NCBI GenBank assembly: GCA_048013815.1
Contig: CM106585.1
Location: forward strand, 3,596,001-3,660,000
Origin: Setoptus koraiensis
Lineage: Eukaryota > Animalia > Arthropoda
Direction of reading: 5' to 3'
Length of the DNA stretch: 64,000 nucleotides
Shown: piece after piece, positions 25,133-35,488 of the stretch
How positions within the stretch are numbered: the first letter of the stretch is position 1
How the letters are laid out: each line of letters starts with the position of its first letter
Position numbers and translations under genes: made by a program
Notes under the pieces: model-generated
Told to the model about the DNA's origin: nothing
The model's database searches: none
What the model saw: the letters and a program-made list of their open reading frames with translations, nothing else

Positions 25133-26116
25133 CACCCTTCAGATCTATTCCTTCGGACTCTAAATGTGGCCTCTGGGCATGCAGCATGTCCACTAGAGCG
25201 TCAAAGATGGCCGCATGCTTATTGTTGGTGTTGGTTTGTTGCTGCTGTTGCGACAACTGCTGCTGCTGCTGTTGCGGATGATTGTTGCTTGCATGGGCCG
25301 GATTTGAGCTTATCAACAACAACGAATCTGGCCCTGTCATGGGTCGAATCAGATCGCTGTTCGCTGGTGCTGTTGTCACTGTTGTCGGAATTGACAAATC
25401 CAGCGCATTATTAACGCTGTCTTGTTGCTGGCTATTATATGACATACCATTCATTGAGTTAGACGACAAAGTGGTCACAACAACCTGATCCGATGAGGCA
25501 GGCGCATAGAATGGCGGACCGTTGTGTAACGGATTGTTGTTGTTGTTGTTGTTGTTGTTGTTTGCCGATGACGGCTGTACTTTGACCATTATGGTTTGAT
25601 CGTCCTTTTTAGTGACCACTAACCTGCCCGGCTGATTATTATTCTGATTCAACTGTTGCTGCTGATTACCATTGTGCACTAATGTAACAGTTGCGGGCGA
25701 TGTCATTTGCTGCAACTGCGGCAACGGAGTAGTTATAATCATTGTGGTGTCATCTAATGAATTAACTTGATTATTATTGTTATTGTTATTATTATTGCTG
25801 TTGCTGTTGTTGTTGTTGTTGTTGTTGTCCAATGTGCTGTAGTCGAGCTCGGTTAAATTACTTACCGTTGGCTGACATTTAACAGTCGGACAACATTGAT
25901 TGGGCTCTCTGATTGTTTGGCATATTTGTTGTTCTAGTTGATTGCCGTTGCTCAATAGCATCTTCTTCTGTGCTTCTTGCGACAAAATAGGGGGACAAAC
26001 ACGAAGAAAACATTGCAAAACAGCTCGCCGACATGTACAATTAAGACAAGGCTGATCAGTGGGCACCTGTTGACCATTTTTGAACCGTTTACCGCGATAC
26101 AAACAGGTGAAGTGGT
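25133..26116 (-). CDS. tnc: Tenectin-like gene, exon 2 (VWC domain 1 + N/Q/T-rich region)
   Basis: Acceptor TTGCTGATTCAG|AC; HFTCLYRGKRFKNGQQVPTDQPCLNCTCRRAVLQCFLRVCPP...QCCPTVKC; donor GGTG|GTGAGT. Both ends phase 1. Confidence 0.88.
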
Positions 26117-26389
26117 CTGAATCAGCAAGCAAGTCAGTGCAGTGGAAAGTGTGACAACAACGGTAGTACAGGTAACAGCGGTTAGACTAATAATTGACAG
26201 TGATTAACTTATCATAGTATTTGAATTGGCGAATATTATTTAATTGCGCTTTAATTATGAGCTTGCGACTTGGTGAGTGTGACGCACTAATTGTGATGGT
26301 TCAACGATAATCGATTTATGACTAATGATTTCTATCTCAGTCAGAAATAATCAGCTCTATCAGCTGGGCCCGGCACTCTTTATACTTAC

Positions 26390-26669
26390 TTGGTTGCTGC
26401 AATAGACGCTGCCTACTCAGTAGAGCCTCGAGGAGGCCAGCCCGACCGGAAGCGCTAGGGTCCAATATTTGATTGAGTGGGGTGGTCACTGAGGCATATA
26501 GCGACGATTGTGAGCCAGATTGATCGTCGTTGGTGCTGGTGCTAAATGAGTAGTCACTGGCTCTGTTAGGCTCTGGTTTTGATTGTTGCTGGTGTGAGGA
26601 ATTGGCTGATACGAGTAAAAGGCAGTAGTAAGTTATGAGCAAAATTTGTAAACCACTGTGCTTAATCAT
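26390..26669 (-). CDS. tnc: Tenectin-like gene, first coding exon (signal peptide)
   Basis: AACAAAATG start; MIKHSGLQILLITYYCLLLVSANS signal-peptide-like; donor CCAA|GTAAGT, phase 1 (280 nt = 93 codons + 1). Confidence 0.82.
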
Positions 26670-26837
26670 TTTGTTTGCGTTATAAATATATTTTAATTTG
26701 TCACTGTATTTGTTTCTGATATTGATAGATGATTTATTTGTTGTTGTTGTCGATGCAACTGATGGTACTGCAACCACGCAATCCATGGTTGTGTCCAGCT
26801 AACTGTTGACCGTATGCTGTTGTAGCTATTGTTGTCG

Positions 26838-26869
<32 letters not shown>

Positions 26870-27344
26870 GCTGGTGTGGCGATCACAGAGTGAATGGTTG
26901 TGATTACTGTTAGCTGTTGGTCTAAAAGTGACCAAAGAGCTGATAGCGACCAACTGACTGACTGACTATTGCAAGCATTGGTCGACGATATGGAAACAAC
27001 TGGACATGGAGTTGTGACTGTTGGTGGTGGAGTTTGTTTGTCGACAATCGTATGCAAACAACACTGAAAACTAATTAAGTTGCTTGCTGTTTGCCAGCGT
27101 ATTCACTCAGCGTCGCATTGCAGCCATCGCAAAGGGTAAAGGTTGTGAAGGAGCGAAGGTAATAGCGAAAATCGACTGCTGCTGTTCCTGCTGTTGTCGG
27201 CGTCGTTACGCAACAAGGAACATTTTCGCCAGTGGCTCGGTGGCTCTTCAGTGGCTGTTTTGTCGTGTTGTTTGCGTGTCGTATGTTCAGCCGGACTTGA
27301 TGCTCGGGCCGGCCGGCCAGTCAGTCAGTTAGTCAGGCCAGAAA

Positions 27345-27351
27345 TATAAAA
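27345..27351 (+). promoter_or_regulatory. Candidate TATA box (TATAAAA) of duplicated unit A
   Basis: Canonical TATAAAA inside a ~50-bp block conserved in copy B (56088-56094, minus), downstream of conserved TAATTA and GTTACGCAAC sites. Confidence 0.5.
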
Positions 27352-28147
27352 TATGCTCTACGATAGAGTCATAAGCACGCCTGTCAACAGCAACAGCAAC
27401 AGCAACAGCACGGCGCCGATTGTGCGCACATTCGTTTGGGCTGACCAGTGGCAGACGAAGGCCGCGATGGTCAAGTTCATCGGCATCGGGTTAACTCGCG
27501 TCGGAGCGATTGGAAAAAAATGAGAATTCAAATTGCAAACTGCACTTGTCTGCTGCGATGCATCGTGTGTCCGTCGGTTGGCACGACGGCATGCGGCGAC
27601 CGTATAGGCAGTTGATCGCTATTGGTTTGCGTGATCGGCGGCGGCCAGTGGGAATAGCAAACAAATAAGATAAATATTGTTATTGTCATGTTACATAATC
27701 CGGTCGCATCCACGCACCAGCACCAGCAGCAGTAACAACAATAACAAAAACACTGCCGGCAATGGCAAACTTTTTGCTCATTATTTATGACAGGCCAACA
27801 GTGGAATCAATCATTTCCGTGTCCAATCGGGCATGTTTGTCGGCTTATAGAATAGTTCACAGTTTGTCGATGTCAGTCCATCGTTGTCATGTCAAGTTCA
27901 TGCACTATTGATCAACTGCCAAATGGCCGAAATAGCACAATGGTCGCTTGCAAAGTATGCATCCATATGTTATATTGTCCGGTATATTGTCCGGTATATT
28001 GTATGGTAGTTGTTGCACTTGTTGCATGGCGCTGCTGTTGCCGCTGCTGTTGTTGTCGCGCTTGCTTGTCACGAGAATCCTTGATGACGATGATATGATA
28101 TATGATTATTTTGCGCAATTCTTCCATTTATTTTCCGTTGCGCTTTT

Positions 28148-28203
28148 TTGGCCGCTTTGGCCGCTTTGGCCGCTTTGGCCGCTTCGGCCGCTTTGGCCGC
28201 TTT
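28148..28203. repeat. 9-bp tandem repeat (TTGGCCGCT)n
   Basis: About 6 copies read directly; source of the overlapping spurious ORFs at 28069-28433. Confidence 0.9.
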
Positions 28204-28762
28204 GGCGAGTGCGGCCAGTGCGGCCACTATGGCCACTTTGGACACATTTCGACCAATTTGGCAGATGTGGGCCGACTTTTTTCTTTCTTCCTTCTTTGCT
28301 CTGCCCAGCAGCACCAGCCTCAGCCACTTGCTGGCCACGGCGATCGGCGGCGGATTATGCAACTCACAGGAGGCATAAAAGTACATACAGGACAGACTTA
28401 CAGGACAGACGGCTTATATCGCTAAATGTTTGAGCGCAACAACGAGCTGGCGCCAAGACAATGTATTATGTAACAAACATTGCGTGTCGGTAGTGTGTGT
28501 GCGTGATGCCCATTGCTGAGTGTGTGAGCAGACAGCGCACGCTCGCTCGATGGGTAGCGCCGGTGGTTGAATGAACCGCTGAGCTGGCTGAGGCTCACAG
28601 CGTCGACAGTTGAGATATTCGAGACACTCGAGGCTTTCGAGGGATTTAAGGGATTCGATAGATTGGCGAGAGACAACAACACGACCGACAAAGCAGCAAG
28701 TGAGACGACAAAGCAGCGCACAATTATTGTTGCTCGCTTGGCTGCCGATCGGTTGGCCACCC

Positions 28763-28891
28763 GAACGTCCGAGCGTCCGAACGTCCGAACGTCCGAGCGT
28801 CCGAGCGTCCGAGCGTCCGAGCGTCCGAGCGTCCGAACGTCCGAGCGTCCGAGCGTCCGAGCGTTTGAGCGTCCGAACGTCCGAACGTCCG
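28763..28891. repeat. 8-bp tandem repeat (CGTCCGAG/CGTCCGAA)n
   Basis: About 16 copies read directly. Confidence 0.9.
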
Positions 28892-29312
28892 AACCACCGA
28901 CTGCCACGATGACGCTCGCCACTCGCTGTCTAGCCAGCCTGTCCGATAGCAGGCCAGCTGGACGCAGCGATCATTATCTTACGTACGACTTGTCGGCTAG
29001 GCGACGGAATGGGCAGTTGTTGTTGTTGTCGGTGTCTCATCGCATCAATAAACTCTCTTGTTGCTCGCAGTAGTCTGACACTCCGACACAGTGAGTTTGA
29101 GGGCCAACAAAGACAAACATTTTGCACAAGCACATGCCAGCTCTTTTCTGCTTATTTTCTGCTCATTTTCTGTCATTTTCTGCTTCTTTTATTCTGCTTT
29201 GCTCCAGTATCGTCCTTTCATATGTATCATGACGCCGATGGCCATCACAAGCTGGCCGCGTCATGCTCACTGCAACATGCACATTATCCATTTATGTTGG
29301 CCTGGCAACGCA

Positions 29313-29378
29313 GTCGCTTCGAAGTCGCGTCGAAGTCGCTTCGAAGTCGCTTCGAAGTCGCTTCGAAGTCGCTTCGAA
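29313..29378. repeat. 11-bp tandem repeat (GTCGCTTCGAA)n
   Basis: Six copies read directly, one with a substitution. Confidence 0.9.
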
Positions 29379-30269
29379 GATTTAGGAGAATAATGAAATT
29401 CTAGCACACATCTAGTTGCTGCAGTTGTTTTGTGTGTAAACAACTGTCAAACAGTCCGGCAGCCAGACAACAAATAGAATGCCAACAATGACAAACAAAC
29501 TAAATTAGATTGCTTCACGTCAGCACTACTTATGCACACAGGCCAATAGTCATGATATGACGTTTGTCAACGCTTGCATCTGCCACAATCAATAGCTAGA
29601 TATCGTTGAATAATCACACTGTTTGGCTCTTTCCAGGTCTCATCGTCGTTTGTTGTTGTTCACTGTCGTTGGTCGTGATTTGCTACTGATTTCATTTGTC
29701 CTACGATGCATACGTTATATGAATCCAACAAATGAATATGTCAGATGAATTATCTTGCACTTGTATATAACCACTTGTATTGCGCACAAAACCAGCGACG
29801 AAACAGTTGACTGCTGGCCAACTTCCGGTTGGACTTTCGCTCGTCAGCAAAGCTAAGGCAGTGCTCACAAGTTGCATGTAGGTTATACTGTACTAACTGT
29901 TGTGATTTCAATCGCTGGCTCGTATCAAGTGACACAATCTTTCTTGTTAATAGCATCTGATCTGTTTTAGAGGAGATTAGTAAGCTTTATGCAGCCACCA
30001 GTTGGAGAAATCAAGATAAATAAGATTAGGTAAGATGTGTGTCCGGTGATAAGCGATTGGTCGTGTGCTACTCACCTAAAAGAATCAGCTAGTTTGATTA
30101 GAGAGAGAGAGAGAGAAACCGACTGCAAATGAGCTGACAAAGTTGCACACACGCAAGCGCAACAAACATTCTGCAAACATTTGTCGTAACGGAAGCAAAT
30201 AACTAGAGTAGAAACAAGTGTTGAGTGAATCTCATTGAATGCTAATCATTGATATCATTCGAAGGGACA

Positions 30270-30975
30270 TGAAGCACTTTTATATGTGATACCACCATTG
30301 TGACAGTTGATCAAATCAAACTGTTCATGTCGATCGCTCACTCACACCCGATGATGATACAATCTTGTCTAACAGGCACAATTAAATCTGGTGCATGAAC
30401 CAATGGACAATGGATGATCAATCATATCATCTCGTGAATTTGAAATGAGATGCATTAGTGATATTGTGGATATTACTAATCACTAATGGATATCAGAGTG
30501 ATATCCATAGAAAAAGAGGGATACAAACCCATAAAAGTTGGTACACCTACAAAGATACCCCCACGTTGAGTGCACACAGAGAATCAAATTTAGGCTCGCT
30601 GCTCGCCTTCAATGCATTTTTATTTCTGTGCAAAACTCAAAAGTTCAGCTGAAAAGTCAGGTGAAAAGTCTGTCCACTGGAGTGCTTGTGAAAGACGGGC
30701 TATCTTTTATCAGCCACTGGGTGATTCTCAGAATACCTAACTGCTCTAAGTTGAACGGTAATAATTGGATAATTGGAATGTGAAAATCGGCCAGCGTGGA
30801 TAATAGTGTTAGTGTAAATAGTGCATTGTGCTGCCGTTAATACAATTTGCGCGTCTATGATTGTGCCAGGACATTCTCGGTAGAGATCTGGGTCAACACC
30901 ACGATTGATAATTTGGGCCAATCGAAGCCAATGAAGGTCAGGGCTGTTTTCGAGAACGCAAAAATCCATCTTCAT
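30270..30975 (-). pseudogene. Decayed serine-protease catalytic domain directly downstream of protease copy 1
   Basis: ENSPDLHWLRLAQIINRG..YRECPGTIIDAQIVLTAAQC..IHAGRFS aligns to TAPGEFPWVVQIVNK..ICSGSIIDNTTILTAKHC..IIAGRNS (catalytic His replaced by Gln). ENHPVAD aligns to EDHPTLD; after a frameshift LSQALQWTDF aligns to LADALEWTDY; terminal TMVV..YKS aligns to TMVVVYES. Stops and frameshifts are present. Confidence 0.8.
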
Positions 30976-30977
30976 TT

Positions 30978-32048
30978 TTACCAGGTGCCTCTAACCGAAT
31001 CGATCCACTCTAACACAGGACTTTCATACACGACTACCATCGTGGTGCTTGCGATATTGTCGCCCGTAGTTATCACGCCATTGAGTACCCACTTGCCAGG
31101 CCTGTAAGTTAAGGATGGCCCACCTGAATCACCGTTCAGGGCTGTCCCTCCAGTTGCAGTCCGTCCATCTCCTTCTCCATATGTACGAAAATGTAAATAA
31201 GAGGCCGGATCATTTCCGGTCCAATCACTCGGATATTGGACAATCGTAAAGGCAGCTTGTAAGTTAGTGGCAAGGACTGGGGGCTGGAGGGAGGTTAATC
31301 CCCAGCCAGATAAAACAACTATTTGACCTGCATCCACATAGCCAGGGGGGGGTCTCGAACTAGGCTCATTACGTGGCAAACAAACAGGTCTAACATAGTC
31401 TGTCCACTCTAGTGCGTCTGCAAGTTTGACCAACGCTATGTCAAGAGTAGGATGATCCTCAATCAACCGAGGGTATCCGAATTGCGAGTTGGTGTCTTCC
31501 CAAATTGAATTTCGGCCAGCTATGATCCAATTCCATGCTGTACTAACTTTGCAATGTTTTGCAGTTAGTATAGTTGTGTTGTCTATGATTGAGCCACTAC
31601 ATATAGTGTAATAAGGAAGTGATTTGTTTACTATTTGCACTACCCAGGGAAACTCCCCCGGCGCTGTCGAGGAGCCCCTTAAAATTCTTTTGGATGATGC
31701 ATTATTCGGGGGCACCCATCTTTGCGTGACCAATGGACCTTCGCCACAGTAGACACGTTGCCTCGGTCTAGAGTTCTTGTCCTCATTAGGTGATGCTGTG
31801 GTCTCCTGCAACTCCGATGGGCAGATATTTGTAGGCAATCGTGAGGGTCTCTTGGGTCCATTTGCGAGTGAAGCGACAGTTTCTTTCACTTCGCTAGATT
31901 CGTCATCGTCATATTGTTCCGGCTCGTCCGTTCGCTCCAATTGTTCAACAGCACTTGTTGCCAACTGTTCATGAGGCACAACAACTAAAATGGTCAACAC
32001 AACACACGTTGCGATCAACAGAAGCTTTTGCACGAGCAATCGAGCCAT
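30978..32048 (-). CDS. Secreted S1 (chymotrypsin-fold) serine protease, copy 1, intronless (probable start MARLL at 32048; ORF open to 32096)
   Basis: Hydrophobic leader LLVQKLLLIATCVVLTILVVV, acidic pro-region, activation site SKR|ILRG, triad TAKHC / LDIALVKL / GDSGGP, plus PGEFPW, VRPVCLP and SGWG motifs. Confidence 0.93.
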   Translation of the reverse strand: MARLLVQKLLLIATCVVLTILVVVPHEQLATSAVEQLERTDEPEQYDDDESSEVKETVASLANGPKRPSRLPTNICPSELQETTASPNEDKNSRPRQRVYCGEGPLVTQRWVPPNNASSKRILRGSSTAPGEFPWVVQIVNKSLPYYTICSGSIIDNTTILTAKHCKVSTAWNWIIAGRNSIWEDTNSQFGYPRLIEDHPTLDIALVKLADALEWTDYVRPVCLPRNEPSSRPPPGYVDAGQIVVLSGWGLTSLQPPVLATNLQAAFTIVQYPSDWTGNDPASYLHFRTYGEGDGRTATGGTALNGDSGGPSLTYRPGKWVLNGVITTGDNIASTTMVVVYESPVLEWIDSVRGTW

Positions 32049-33092
32049 CTTTTCGTCGAGATCGATCGTCTCTCTATCTACATACCGTCTATACATCCAT
32101 TCAGAATTGTCTAGATCGATAAATGAATCCGATAAATGGATTCATTCTCAAGGTTGTGTTTGAGCGATCGAGATTCCGTTCAAAATATCTTCACTTGTAA
32201 CGCGATATCTACTCAGTTATGTGTTTCTTTCAGCATGAACCGTAGAATCGAGCTGAATCGGAAAATCAGCCAATAAGCTCAGCTAAGTTAACATGACTGA
32301 ATTGATCTAGAGCTATCAGTCTACACGAAGATACTTCAAATCTAGCGCACGAGTTACATTTGTGCAAAAAGTTTAGATTCATGAGCATATGTCGTGCCCG
32401 CTGGCGGTTCCATTCTGTAACAAGAGACTTTACTAATTTCTCGCATTTTTACAAGTGGAAATATCCATAGCATACAATGTCGACGCATGAGATGAATCCG
32501 GACACATCTTCGTCCTAAACAAATGTACTCCCAGATAAATAATTCGCATTGTGCATCATCAATCGTGAGGAAAGCATAGTATTTGCATTTAACAAGGCTC
32601 TCCATTCCTCCACAGACATAGCCTTGCTGGGCACATTCATCGATGACTGGAGTCAGGCTGATCTCACCTTGTCAGCGGAGCCATGTCCGGTGTAATACCA
32701 TAAGTTACGGCTTGATACCTTTGTTTTGTTGCTGTATTGGGCTGGTATTTGATTCCACGGCAGGCATTTCCAAGCAATGGTCCTAATATAGAATTCGCAT
32801 GATTGACTCATGTACAATATCTGTGCATCTCTGCGAATCAATCAAATATCGATAAAAAATTAGGTAGGCACACAAACAGCGTAGAATTGGTTGTTTACCT
32901 GCTTTGGTATTGTCAAATTTCTGGGTTTTGTTTTTTTCTTGGCCCTGAAACACACTGCACCCAATAGTACAGCAAACAAAAACTTTGAAGAAGCGGATCT
33001 CGCCTGAAATTTTGGTCTTTTCGTACCAATATCAAATTGCCTATTGTATCATGATGCAATAATTGCGTAAATTGTATACTGTGCCAACCGAA

Positions 33093-33765
33093 TGAAGCAC
33101 ATTTATGTGATACCACCATTGTGACAGTTGATCAAATCAAACTGTTCATGTCGATCGCTCACTCACACCCGATGATGATACAATCTTGTCTAACAGGCAC
33201 AATTAAATCTGGTGCATGAACCAATGGACAATGGATGATCAATCATATCATCTCGTGAATTTGAAATGAGATGCATTAGTGATATTGTGGATATTACTAA
33301 TCACTAATGGATATCAGAGTGATATCCATAGACGAAGAGGGATACAAACCCATAAAAGTTGGTACACCTACAAAGATAGCCCCACGTTGAGTGCACATGT
33401 GCTTACAGAGAATCAAATTTAGGCTCGCTGCTCGCCTTAGTACATTCAATGCATTTTTATTTCTGTGCAAAACTCAAAAGTTCAGGTGAAAAGTCAGGTG
33501 AAAAGTCTGTCCACTGGAGTGCTTGTGAAAGACGGGCTATCTTTTATCAGCCACTGGGTGATTCTCAGAATACCTAACTGTTCTAAGTTGAACGGTAATA
33601 ATTGGATAATTGGAATGTGAAAATCGGCCAGCGTGGATAATAGTCTATGATTGTGCTAGGACATTCTCGGTAGAGATCTAAGTCAGCAGCACGATTGATA
33701 ATTTGGGCCAGTCGAAGCCAATGAAGGTCAGGGCTGTTTTCGAGAACGCAAAAATCCATCTTCAT
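33093..33765 (-). pseudogene. Decayed serine-protease domain directly downstream of protease copy 2
   Basis: Same relic as 30270-30975 (MKMDFCVLENSPDLHWLRLAQIINR..YRECPSTIID) with an extra ~47-bp deletion that removes the TAAQC segment. Confidence 0.78.
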
Positions 33766-33767
33766 TC

Positions 33768-34856
33768 TTACCAGTGACGTCTAACCGAATCGATCCACCC
33801 TAACACAGGACTTTCATACACGACTACCATCACGCTACGGCTGGAATTGTCGCCCCCAATTATCACGCCATTGATTACCCACTTGCCAGGCCTGTGAGTT
33901 AAGGATGGCCCACCTGAATCACCGTACATGGTTGACCCTCCAGTTGCAGTCCGTCCATCTCCTTCTCCATATGTAGAAAAATGTAAATAAGAGGCCGGAT
34001 CATTTCCGGTAAAATCACTCGGAGTTTGGACCACCGTAAAGGCAGCTTGTAAGTTAGTGGCAAGGACTAAGGGCTGGAGGGAGGTGAGTCCCCAGCCAGA
34101 TATAACAACTATTTGACCTATAGACACATAGCCAGGGGGGGGCCTCGTACTAGGCTCATTACGTGGCAAACAAACAGGTCTAACATAGTCTGTCCACTCT
34201 AGTGCGTCTGCAAGTTTGACCAACGCTATGTCAAGATAAGTTTGATTGATAACCTGAGTTGATTTGACAATCAACTCAGGTGCTCTGAATTGCGAGTTGG
34301 TGTCATCCCAAATTGAATTTCGGCCAGCTATGATCCAAGTCGTATCTGGACTAATTCTGCAATGTGCTGCAGTTAGTATAGTTCTGTTGTCTAAGATTGT
34401 GCCACTACATACGGTAATACGAGGAAGTGATTGTTTTACTATTTGCACTACCCAGGGAAACTCCCCCGGCGCTGTCGAGGAGCCCCTTAAAATTCTTTTG
34501 GATGATGCATTATTCGGGGGCTCCCATTTTTGCGTGACCAATGGACCTTCGCCACAGTAGACACGTTGGCTCGGTCTAGAGTTCTTGTCCTCATTAGATG
34601 ATGCTGTGGTCTCCTGCAACTCCGATGGGCAGATATTTGTAGGCAATCGTGAGGGTCTCTTGGGTCGATTTGCGAGTGAAGAGACAGTTTCTTTCACTTC
34701 GCTAGATTCGTCATCGTCATATTGTTCCTGCTCGTCCGTTCGCTCCACTTGTTCAGCAGCACTTGTTGTCAACTGTTCATGAGGCACAACAACTAAAATG
34801 GTTAGCACAACACACGTTGCGATCAACAGAAGCTTTTGCACGAGCAATCGAGCCAT
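33768..34856 (-). CDS. Secreted S1 serine protease, copy 2, intronless (probable start at 34856; ORF open to 34904)
   Basis: Same architecture as copy 1; triad TAAHC / LDIALVKL / GDSGGP; 6-aa insertion before the catalytic Asp. Confidence 0.93.
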   Translation of the reverse strand: MARLLVQKLLLIATCVVLTILVVVPHEQLTTSAAEQVERTDEQEQYDDDESSEVKETVSSLANRPKRPSRLPTNICPSELQETTASSNEDKNSRPSQRVYCGEGPLVTQKWEPPNNASSKRILRGSSTAPGEFPWVVQIVKQSLPRITVCSGTILDNRTILTAAHCRISPDTTWIIAGRNSIWDDTNSQFRAPELIVKSTQVINQTYLDIALVKLADALEWTDYVRPVCLPRNEPSTRPPPGYVSIGQIVVISGWGLTSLQPLVLATNLQAAFTVVQTPSDFTGNDPASYLHFSTYGEGDGRTATGGSTMYGDSGGPSLTHRPGKWVINGVIIGGDNSSRSVMVVVYESPVLGWIDSVRRHW

Positions 34857-35488
34857 CTTTTCGTCGAGATCGATCGTCTCTCTATCTACACACCGTCTAT
34901 ACATCCATTCAGAATTGTCTAGATCAATAAATGAATCCGATAAATGGATTCGTTCTCAATGTTGTGTTTGAGCGATCGAGATTCCGTTCAAAATATCTTC
35001 ACTTGTAACACGATATCTACTAAGTTATGTGTTTCTTTCAGCATGAACCGTAGAATCGAGCTGAATGGGAAAAATCAGCCAACAAGCTCAGCTAAGTTAA
35101 CATGACTGAATTGATCTAGAGTTATCAGTCTACACGTAGATACTTCAAATCTAGCGCACGAGTTACATTTGTGCAAAAAGTTTAGATTCATGAGCATATG
35201 TCGTGCCCGCTGGCGGGTCCATTCTGCAACAAGAGACTTTACTAATTTCTCGCATTTTTACAAGTGGAAATATCCATAGCATACAATGCCGACGCATGAG
35301 ATGAATCGGGACAGATCTTCGTCCTAAACAAATGTACGTCAGGATAGATAGTTAACGTTTCACCTGCCACTTTAAATCTCGTAGGACATTGACTGCTAAC
35401 AAGGACTACTTACTTTCGACGACCCCGGTTGCAAGAGAAAATCGCCATCAGTCGACTTAGCGTATGATGATGGTGAGTACAACTATAC

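Larger units (their letters stand above)
27065..29280 (+). other. Duplicated ~2.2-kb non-coding unit, copy A (inverted paralog of 54185-56333); candidate Pol II ncRNA or cis-regulatory module
   Basis: Collinear conserved blocks shared with copy B: TGAAAACTAATTAAG, TCGTTACGCAACAAG, AAATATAAAATATGCTC.ACGATAGAGTCATA, TGGTCAAGTTCATCGGCATCG, ATGAGAATTCAAATTGCAAAC, GAATAGCAAACAAA.AAGATAAATATTGTTATTGTCATGTT, CAGTGGAATCAATCATTTCCGTGTC, GTCATGTCAAGTTCATGCACTATTGATC, GGCGCCAAGACAATGTATTATGTAACAA, ACGACAAAGCAGCGCACAATTATTG.TGCTCGCTTGGCTGCCGATCGG, CGCATCAATAAACT, CATGCCAGCTCTTTTCTGC. The duplication is certain; its function is not. Confidence 0.85.
30269..35337. repeat. Recent tandem segmental duplication: units 30269-32528 and 33092-35337 with a ~560-bp unique spacer
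   Basis: Near-identical flanks, from ATGAAGCAC.TT.TATGTGATACCACCATTGTGACAG at both left ends to CTTCGTCCTAAACAAATGTAC at both right ends. Confidence 0.95.

Noticed and set aside
27912-28127. YTGQYTGQY resembling the tarsal-less/polished rice LDPTGQY peptides
   Set aside because: It arises from a 12-bp tandem duplication, lacks LDP and is absent from copy B.
28069-29404. Repetitive ORFs (FGRFGR, SERPSVR, SRFEVASK) and apparent CRISPR-like arrays
   Set aside because: Head-to-tail 8-11-bp minisatellites with no unique spacers and no cas genes, in a eukaryotic context.
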